This document shows positions 51,332 through 58,929 of a stretch of DNA of 58,929 bases, piece after piece. The stretch lies in assembly GCA_964396225.1 (NCBI GenBank), contig CAYNEL010000001.1:1-58929 (forward strand), given 5' to 3'. Under the pieces are notes generated by a model that saw only the letters and a program-made list of their open reading frames with translations, did no database searches and had not been told where the DNA came from. This DNA comes from an uncultured Bdellovibrionales bacterium. Its GTDB lineage: Bacteria; Patescibacteriota; Minisyncoccia; Moranbacterales; UBA1568. Numbering within the stretch: the first letter of the stretch is position 1; every line of letters begins with the position of its first letter. The position numbers were made by a program, and so were the translations under genes.

Positions 51332-52987
51332 TCATCGGCGGCGGCGCTTCTCGGAGGCCGCTCTGACGAAGGCCAGAAACAAGGGGTGCGGCTTGAGCGG
51401 GGCCGAGAGGAATTCCGGATGGAACTGGGTGCCGAGGAAGAACGGGTGCTGCGAGCGGGGTAGTTCGGCGATTTCCATCAGCTTCCGGTCGGGCGAAGTT
51501 CCCGAGAAGACCAGTCCGGCCGTCTCGAGGCGCTCGATATACTCCGGGTTAACTTCGTAGCGGTGGCGGTGGCGTTCGGAGACCTGCTCCGCGCCATAGG
51601 CTTCCGCCGCCAGGGTGCCGGGTTTCAGTTTGGCGGGATAGGCTCCGAGCCGCATGGTGGCGCCGTACTGCTTGTGGCGGAGGAGTTCTTTCTGTTCGGG
51701 CAGGATGTCGATGACCGGATGTGGGGATTTGGGGCCGACTTCGGTGGTGTGGGCGCCCCGGAGACCAGCCACGTGCCGGGCGTATTCCACGACGAGGAGC
51801 TGCATCCCGTAGCACAGGCCGAAGTACGGGATGCCGTGTTCGCGGCAGTAGCGGATGGCCGCGATCTTGCCCTCGATGCCGCGGGAACCGAAACCGCCCG
51901 GCACGAGGATGCCGTCGTACTTCGAAAGCGCCCTCAGCGCAGCGGGACGGTTCTCGTAGGCGTCGCTCGAGAGCCATTCGAGGACCGGCCGGCGTTTCAG
52001 GGTGTAGGCCGCGTGGCGCAGGGCCTCAATGACCGAGATATAGACGTCCGAGAGGACGTAATCCCCCGTTTTGAAATACTTGCCCACCACGCCGATACGC
52101 ACGGGTTCTTTGGACTGGCGGATGTGGGAGACGAACTTTTCCCAGGATTCCAAGCGGCTTTTTTTGGCCGGGAGCCCAAGCTTTTTCAGGAGGATGGCCG
52201 AGAGGCGGTCCTTCTCGAAGTTGAGGGGCACCTCGTAGATGGTCTCCACGTCAGGCGCGCTGATGACGTCCTCCTGGCGGACGTTGCAGAAGACAGCGAT
52301 CTTCTCCTTGCGCTTCTCGTCCAGCGGCCGTTCGGCCCGGGCGATGATGATGTCCGGCTGGATACCGGCGCCCTGGAGGGTGCGCACCGCGTGCTGGGTG
52401 GGTTTGGTTTTCATTTCGCCCACCTTGGACGGGGCGGGGACGTAGCTCACCATGACCGTCATGACGTCTTCGGGACGCTCGATCTTCAGCATACGCACCG
52501 CCTCAAGGAAGAGGATGTTCTCGTATTCCCCCACCGTCCCGCCGATCTCGATGATGGCCACGTCGGCCTTGGCCAGGGCGGCCGCCTGGCGGATGCGGCC
52601 GATGACTTCGCGCGGGATGTCTGGGACGACCTGGACGCACTTGCCTCCGTATTCCAGGTTGCGTTCCCGCTCGATGACCGCCTGGTAGACCCGGCCGGTA
52701 GTCATGTAGTTAGCGTTCGAGAGGGCGGTCCCCAGGAAACGCTCGTAGTTGCCCATGTCCTGGTCGGTCTCGTAGCCGTCGTGGAGGACGAACACCTCCC
52801 CGTGCTCGGTCGGGTTCATGGTACCGGCGTCCACGTTGATGTACGGGTCGATCTTGAGCGCCGTCACCTTGAGTCCGCGGGCCTGGAGGATTTTGCCGAT
52901 GGACGAGACGGTGACGCCTTTGCCCACACCGGACATGACGCCGCCCACCACGAAAATGAATTTGGTCCCCGATTTCTTTTTGGCCAT
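51332..52987 (-). CDS. pyrG: CTP synthase
   Basis: KFIFVVGGVMSGVGKG lies at the N-terminus. The glutaminase domain carries GLCYGMQ and HRHRYEVN. 551 aa. Confidence 0.95.
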   Translation of the reverse strand: MAKKKSGTKFIFVVGGVMSGVGKGVTVSSIGKILQARGLKVTALKIDPYINVDAGTMNPTEHGEVFVLHDGYETDQDMGNYERFLGTALSNANYMTTGRVYQAVIERERNLEYGGKCVQVVPDIPREVIGRIRQAAALAKADVAIIEIGGTVGEYENILFLEAVRMLKIERPEDVMTVMVSYVPAPSKVGEMKTKPTQHAVRTLQGAGIQPDIIIARAERPLDEKRKEKIAVFCNVRQEDVISAPDVETIYEVPLNFEKDRLSAILLKKLGLPAKKSRLESWEKFVSHIRQSKEPVRIGVVGKYFKTGDYVLSDVYISVIEALRHAAYTLKRRPVLEWLSSDAYENRPAALRALSKYDGILVPGGFGSRGIEGKIAAIRYCREHGIPYFGLCYGMQLLVVEYARHVAGLRGAHTTEVGPKSPHPVIDILPEQKELLRHKQYGATMRLGAYPAKLKPGTLAAEAYGAEQVSERHRHRYEVNPEYIERLETAGLVFSGTSPDRKLMEIAELPRSQHPFFLGTQFHPEFLSAPLKPHPLFLAFVRAASEKRRRR

Positions 52988-53026
52988 AGGTTCTCTGGTC
53001 AGTGGCAGGTTAGGTCGCGCCCCTTT

Positions 53027-53057
53027 TCAAAGACAAAGAGCCGCGTCCCCGCGACTC
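53027..53057 (-). terminator. Probable intrinsic terminator after rplI
   Basis: The minus-strand hairpin is GAG-u-CGCG-ggga-CGCG-g-CUC (53038-53057), followed by UUUGUCUUUG. Confidence 0.45.
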
Positions 53058-53106
53058 CCCTTGAGAGCGGCGTCCGGCAGGACGCCTTCGCAAATAACTT
53101 TTCCGT

Positions 53107-53547
53107 TCAGACCGCCCGGACGGCTACGATGAGGCGGGCCTCGCTGCCGTGCCTCGAACGGAGCGTTACGGTGAAAATACCCGTCTCCTTGATCGGTTTC
53201 TCCAAGCGTACCATATCCCCGGTCACCTGGCTACCCGAGGTCGCCAGGGCGGCGGCGATGTCCCGGGCGGTGATCGAACCGAAAAGACGGCCTTCCCTGC
53301 CCTTGGCTCCGATTTCCACCGTCCGGCCGTCCCAGTGGGCCATGAGGCGGCGTTCGTCTTCGCGTTCCCGGGCGAGTGCGGCCTCCGCCTCGGCTTTCTT
53401 CCGGGCTACCGCGGAAACCGCCTGCGGGGTGGCGGGGGCGGCCAGCTTCTTGGGCAGAAGGAAGTTGCGGGCATAGCCGTCCGAAACTTCCTTGATCTCC
53501 CCGGCTCGGCCCAGGGCTTTGACTTCCGCTAGGAGGACGACCCGCAT
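53107..53547 (-). CDS. rplI: 50S ribosomal protein L9
   Basis: ATG 53547 opens MRVVLLAEVKALGRAGEIKEVSDGYARNFLLPKKLA. Confidence 0.9.
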   Translation of the reverse strand: MRVVLLAEVKALGRAGEIKEVSDGYARNFLLPKKLAAPATPQAVSAVARKKAEAEAALAREREDERRLMAHWDGRTVEIGAKGREGRLFGSITARDIAAALATSGSQVTGDMVRLEKPIKETGIFTVTLRSRHGSEARLIVAVRAV

Positions 53548-53562
53548 AGGGTGAGATATCGA

Positions 53563-53639
53563 TGGTGCTCGCACCTGGACTCGAACCAGGGACCTTTCGA
53601 ATGTGAATCGAACGCTCTAACCAACTGAGCTATGCGAGC
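53563..53639 (-). tRNA. tRNA-Val (anticodon CAC), CCA encoded
   Basis: The reverse complement reads GCTCGCA-TA-GCTC-AGTTGGTTA-GAGC-G-TTCGA-TTCACAT-TCGAA-AGGTC-CCTGG-TTCGAGT-CCAGG-TGCGAGC-A-CCA. Confidence 0.9.
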
Positions 53640-53650
53640 CAAAAAGGCTG

Positions 53651-53721
53651 TGGACCCGGGGAGAATCGGACTCCCGCCCCCGCAATGCGAATGCGGTGTA
53701 ATACCACTTTACTACGGGCCC
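53651..53721 (-). tRNA. tRNA-Ala (anticodon CGC), no encoded CCA
   Basis: The reverse complement reads GGGCCCG-TA-GTAA-AGTGGTA-TTAC-A-CCGCA-TTCGCAT-TGCGG-GGGC-GGGAG-TCCGATT-CTCCC-CGGGTCC-A. The G3:U70 pair and A73 fit Ala identity. The A/U-rich D stem is unusual. Confidence 0.8.
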
Positions 53722-53757
53722 GGCGGGCGTCGTTCTGAGGCGTACTGGCCCAGTATA

Positions 53758-53787
53758 CAGAAAAAACAAAAAACCTCAAGAGAGGTT
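53758..53787 (-). terminator. Intrinsic terminator (minus strand) closing the 54.8-53.9 kb module
   Basis: The minus-strand hairpin is AACCUC-ucuu-GAGGUU (53772-53787), followed by UUUUUUGUUUUUU. Confidence 0.55.
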
Positions 53788-53936
53788 TCCAGTCTGGCAT
53801 ATACAACCTTCAGCAAGCCTGGACAAGGTGTCCAAGCCTCCTGAAAGGGCAGGAACGAGGTTTGAAGTCGTTCCTGCAGTGCAAAGCGTTCCCTCCTGTT
53901 TGTTTGTGTTTTTGTTTGATCGGATGGCCAGGGGCG

Positions 53937-54116
53937 TCATAATTCGAAAATCACGACGTCCTCTGAAGGATCGAAAGTTCCATCCGCGGGGGGCCATGTC
54001 GGTACATCGCTGACATCATGCAGGCCTGTGTCCAGCTCATGACGGCGGAGCAATCTCATCTCCTCGGGAGTGGTGTAATGGTGGTCACTCGGGAGATTCT
54101 CGGGCAGCTTTTCCAT
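53937..54116 (-). CDS. Small acidic hypothetical protein (59 aa)
   Basis: ATG 54116 is preceded by AGGAGGA at a 7-nt spacing. The product is MEKLPENLPSDHHYTTPEEMRLLRRHELDTGLHDVSDVPTWPPADGTFDPSEDVVIFEL. It has its own promoter at 54166-54195. Confidence 0.5.
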   Translation of the reverse strand: MEKLPENLPSDHHYTTPEEMRLLRRHELDTGLHDVSDVPTWPPADGTFDPSEDVVIFEL

Positions 54117-54165
54117 GGTCGGTCCTCCTCTAGTTGGACAGGGTAAGGTACACCTTTGCGCCCTG

Positions 54166-54206
54166 ACTGTAGCACATGTCAGAACTGATTGACAACTCCT
54201 TGTCAA
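54166..54206 (-). promoter_or_regulatory. Promoter with an overlapping perfect palindromic operator-like site
   Basis: On the minus strand: -35 TTGTCA (54190-54195), an 18-nt spacer, then -10 TACAGT (54166-54171). The palindrome TTGACAA-CTCC-TTGTCAA (54189-54206) covers the -35 and the stop codon of the upstream gene. Confidence 0.5.
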
Positions 54207-54787
54207 GACCCCTCTGAAGGGAGGGAGCTGGTCGGATTCTCGAGACTCAGCCAGGCGCCGATCGCTTGCCACAGATGCATGGGGTACTCCTCTATCGGAG
54301 CTCTCCGGTCCCGGAGGTACAGGCGTTCTGCCCGGGCGCCGTGCGAGGTATTCCAGTTGGGCAGAAAGACCGCCTTCCTGAAATAGCCTTCCTCAAGCGC
54401 TGTCTCAAACAACGGGAAATAGAACTCCGTGAGGATGGCACCGCAGTACCCGTGCCGATGCGGGAGAGCGGACGCGAGACGGGCCAGGACCGGCTGGAAA
54501 GGCATCTGGTTGAAGAGGCGATAATCCTCCTGGCGGAGCAGGTCGAGCGCCCGGCGGAAAACCTTGAGGTTAACCTCCAAGTCGCCGGTGCCGCCGGTGG
54601 TCATCGGGCCGCAAAGGATGTCGATCGGCCAGCGCGCTTCCTGGCGCCGGATGATCCGAAGAGCCACTCCGAGAAGGCTGGTGATAGTGGACGCTGACTG
54701 GATGTCTTCCAGGTCCTGCCGGCTGTACCATTCATCGGCAGACGGTCCGATGAAGACGGGTTCACTCTGAATGAGAGCGCAGGTCAT
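54203..54787 (-). CDS. Hypothetical protein, possibly nucleoside 2-deoxyribosyltransferase-like (DUF4406-like) fold
   Basis: 194 aa. IDILCGPMTTGGTGDLEVNLKVFRRALDLLRQEDYRLFNQMPF recalls the (I/V)AGPMTG...N...F....L...G..V.NP pattern of DUF4406/NDT-like proteins. The SD AGGGGGA lies before the ATG. The fold call is weak. Confidence 0.55.
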   Translation of the reverse strand: MTCALIQSEPVFIGPSADEWYSRQDLEDIQSASTITSLLGVALRIIRRQEARWPIDILCGPMTTGGTGDLEVNLKVFRRALDLLRQEDYRLFNQMPFQPVLARLASALPHRHGYCGAILTEFYFPLFETALEEGYFRKAVFLPNWNTSHGARAERLYLRDRRAPIEEYPMHLWQAIGAWLSLENPTSSLPSEGS

Positions 54788-54886
54788 GGGTGTCCCCCTT
54801 GATGGTTGGGTGGGAAGTTGAATTCAAAGGACTGGTGCCACTGTCATACCACAGCGCCTGCTTTTCTGCAAGAGTATCGGCGGTTC

Positions 54887-55813
54887 TCAATAAACGACGA
54901 CCGGAGTGCCGACTTCGGTCCAGGTGTAGACCTCCTTGGCCGCCCCCACGCCGAGGCGGACGCAGCCGTGGGAAACCGGCAGACCCAGGTGCTGGGCCCC
55001 TTCCTTGTAGCCGCCCGGCCATTCCGGCAGTTCGTGGATACCATACTTGCCGTCGGGCGTGATGGCCATCCAGTGCGGCATGAAGAGGTGGTATTCCCGC
55101 GACCATGGCCGGGGAGCTTTGTTGTGGATGGTAAAAGTGCCGGTCGGCGTCTCCATCCCGTGCCGGCCGGAAGAGACGGGGTAGCTTGCCACGGGCCGTC
55201 CGTCTTCGAAAAGAGTCATCACCTGGAATTTGAGATTGATGTCGATGTATTTCCCTTCTCCTCGCTTAGCCAGGGTGTTCGAACGGGCGGCCGCCACTCG
55301 GGCCTCGAGCTGGGTGCGCGAAAACTGCGGGGCGGGGGCGGTAGTAAAGCGGCTCCGGTGGACGAGTTGCGGTTCGGGGTCGCCCAAACCTACCCGCCGT
55401 TTGGCGTACAGTTCGACCGAAAATTCTGTCTCGCCCGGTAGGGGTGTCTGGGGCACCACCCGGAAGACGGTCTTGTCCGCATTGTGCTGGTAGAGGACCG
55501 GTCCGACCGACGGAGTGAAGCGGAAATCCATGTACCAGTCGGTGGCGGAGCGGTCGAAACGGACGGTGATGGGATCCTCGAAACCGGCCGGAGTACCGGA
55601 AGCGCCCTCGGCCGGATAGAATTCAAGCACCTGGGGCGGCTCCCCGGAGACCACCGCCGCGAGGTTGGTGAAGCGCTCAGGAGGTACGACGGCGATGGTC
55701 CGGGGGGCGGGATCGGGCAAGGCGGCCACGCCGACCAACCCGAGCAGTCCCGTCCCCACGAGAGCCCCCGCCGCATGACGAAAACGGTGGCGGAAGAAAG
55801 CGCGCATGAGCAT
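54887..55813 (-). CDS. L,D-transpeptidase (YkuD domain) with an N-terminal signal anchor
   Basis: The C-terminus is ...YPVSSGRHGMETPTGTFTI...YGIHELP....LGLPVSHGCVRL (catalytic HGC). The N-terminal hydrophobic segment is ALVGTGLLGLVGVAAL. Confidence 0.85.
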   Translation of the reverse strand: MLMRAFFRHRFRHAAGALVGTGLLGLVGVAALPDPAPRTIAVVPPERFTNLAAVVSGEPPQVLEFYPAEGASGTPAGFEDPITVRFDRSATDWYMDFRFTPSVGPVLYQHNADKTVFRVVPQTPLPGETEFSVELYAKRRVGLGDPEPQLVHRSRFTTAPAPQFSRTQLEARVAAARSNTLAKRGEGKYIDINLKFQVMTLFEDGRPVASYPVSSGRHGMETPTGTFTIHNKAPRPWSREYHLFMPHWMAITPDGKYGIHELPEWPGGYKEGAQHLGLPVSHGCVRLGVGAAKEVYTWTEVGTPVVVY

Positions 55814-55830
55814 ATTGTACCACCCCCATC

Positions 55831-56877
55831 TCAGCGGATGAGCATGGCATCGCCGAAGGAGTAGAACGCGTAGCCCTCGCGGATGGCTTCCTCGTACAGG
55901 GACACGATGTGACGCGGAGCACGCTTGTGTTCGAGGAAAGCCTGGACGAGCATCATGAGCGAGGTACGCGGCAGATGAAAATTGGTCACTAGAGCGTCGG
56001 CTACTTTGAAACGGTAGGGCGGCCGGATGAAAAGGTCCGTCTTCCCGGCACCCGTCCGCACTCTCCCCTCCTCATCTGCAGCGCTCTCGAGAAGACGGAG
56101 GGCTGTGGTGCCGACCGGGACGACCGGCCGTCCCGTCCGGCGCGCGTCATTGATCAAGCCGGCCGCGGCCTCGGTGATATGGTACGGCTCCTCGTGGAGC
56201 CGACCGGTTTCCCAGTGCTCGTCGGTGAGCGGGGCGAATGTCCCTTGGCCTACGTCGAGCCGTACCAGCGCGGTGCCGTATCCCCGCTCCCGAAGCCGTG
56301 AGAACAGGGTGTCAGTGAAATGCAGGGAGGCCGTAGGCGCCGCCACAGATGCTCCTTCGCGGGCAAAAACCGTCTGGTAGCGTTTGCGAAGCTGTGTTTC
56401 ATCTTGGGCGCTGTCTCCGAGATAGTGCGGGACAGGCGTCTCGCCGTAGCGGTCGAGCAGGACACCGAGCGGATGTTCGGACAGGAGCCGCCCGAAGAAG
56501 CGGCTGTTTTCCTGACGGGTCACCTGGAGCAGGCTGCCGTCGGGAAACTGGAGCCGCCAGCCCGGTTCGCACCGGCGATCGGTGATGAAGGGAATCTCGT
56601 CGGCGTCCGGTTCACGGAGATTGGCCAGGACGAACACCTCGACCCTGCCGCCACTCGGCTTGGTGAGCCATAGACGGGCCGGCACCACCCGGGTGTCGTT
56701 CAGAACGAGGAGGGAGCGCTCGGGTAGATGGTCGGGCAGATCGGCGAAGACCGCATGCGTCACGCGGTCACTGGCCGTGTCATAGACGAAGAGCCGCGCC
56801 GAGTCGCGCGGTTCGAGGCCTTGTTTCCGGATGAGGTCTCGGGGCAGGGCGTAGTCGTAATCTTTCAAATCCATCAT
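55831..56877 (-). CDS. queA: S-adenosylmethionine:tRNA ribosyltransferase-isomerase
   Basis: Opens MMDLKDYDYALPRDLIRKQGLEPRDSARLFV... and ends ...NFHLPRTSLMMLVQAF...YSFGDAMLI. 348 aa. Confidence 0.95.
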   Translation of the reverse strand: MMDLKDYDYALPRDLIRKQGLEPRDSARLFVYDTASDRVTHAVFADLPDHLPERSLLVLNDTRVVPARLWLTKPSGGRVEVFVLANLREPDADEIPFITDRRCEPGWRLQFPDGSLLQVTRQENSRFFGRLLSEHPLGVLLDRYGETPVPHYLGDSAQDETQLRKRYQTVFAREGASVAAPTASLHFTDTLFSRLRERGYGTALVRLDVGQGTFAPLTDEHWETGRLHEEPYHITEAAAGLINDARRTGRPVVPVGTTALRLLESAADEEGRVRTGAGKTDLFIRPPYRFKVADALVTNFHLPRTSLMMLVQAFLEHKRAPRHIVSLYEEAIREGYAFYSFGDAMLIR

Positions 56878-56952
56878 TAGGGTTCAGAGTTTTTTGGTTT
56901 CAGTCAGAACGCATCGCCCAACGTCTTCCTGGATAGTGAGTAACGAGTATAA

Positions 56953-58929
<1,977 letters not shown>

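Noticed and set aside
52988-53106. pyrG leader as a pyrimidine-sensing attenuator
   Set aside because: The two hairpins (53038-53057 and 53069-86) are adequately explained as the rplI terminator region. I found no convincing promoter or alternative-pairing arrangement by eye.
51563-53476. 637-aa ORF antisense to pyrG and rplI
   Set aside because: It spans two well-supported minus-strand genes plus their intergenic terminator, and has no recognisable domains.
53651-53721. First reading of this tRNA as tRNA-Cys (GCA)
   Set aside because: Recounting the 5+7+5 anticodon arm (CCGCA-TTCGCAT-TGCGG) puts CGC at positions 34-36. The G3:U70 pair and A73 also fit alanine.

Overview
This window is a compact, gene-dense bacterial chromosome segment. 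Hand counts of sampled 60-nt lines give about 62-70% GC in core genes. I saw no rRNA, CRISPR array, transposase or integrase. The gene style suggests a small-genome Patescibacteria/CPR-like organism: an archaeal-type UMP kinase, a short ProRS, ATGA-coupled operons, many very short 5' leaders and an oversized surface-glycan locus. That taxonomic placement cannot be proven from this window. Housekeeping genes flank both sides. On the left are a GH130 enzyme, an aminotransferase, recG, mpg, a GH1 beta-glucosidase and tsaD. On the right are proS, a pyrH-like gene, an MFS transporter, rpmA, pyrG, rplI, an L,D-transpeptidase, queA and a secA fragment. Seven tRNAs are present: Arg-CCG, Arg-GCG, Ser-UGA, Glu-UUC, Val-CAC, Ala-CGC, plus a degenerate Glu 3' fragment. 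The central ~35 kb (11.3-46.6 kb) is a glycan/envelope biosynthesis supercluster. It holds about 12 GT2/GT4 glycosyltransferases, 3 SAM methyltransferases, an AsnB-type amidotransferase, 3 SDR sugar epimerase/dehydratases, a flippase, GtrA, DUF2304 and four large polytopic GT-C-like membrane proteins. Its core (about 21-32 kb) has markedly lower GC (about 42-50%). The most unusual items are these. (1) A 952-aa nucleotidyltransferase + CofD/YvcK-like + GT2 triple fusion sits in an operon with a HAD phosphatase and a Zn-ribbon methyltransferase. (2) A membrane-anchored double-AAA+ Clp/Hsp100-like protein with a degenerate D1 is embedded in the glycan locus. (3) Paralogous promoter/operator elements sharing 10-11-mers precede small orphan genes. 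(4) A promoter-to-terminator unit of about 120 nt lies upstream of recG and may be a small RNA or an attenuator. All family assignments come from motif recognition by eye; no searches were run.
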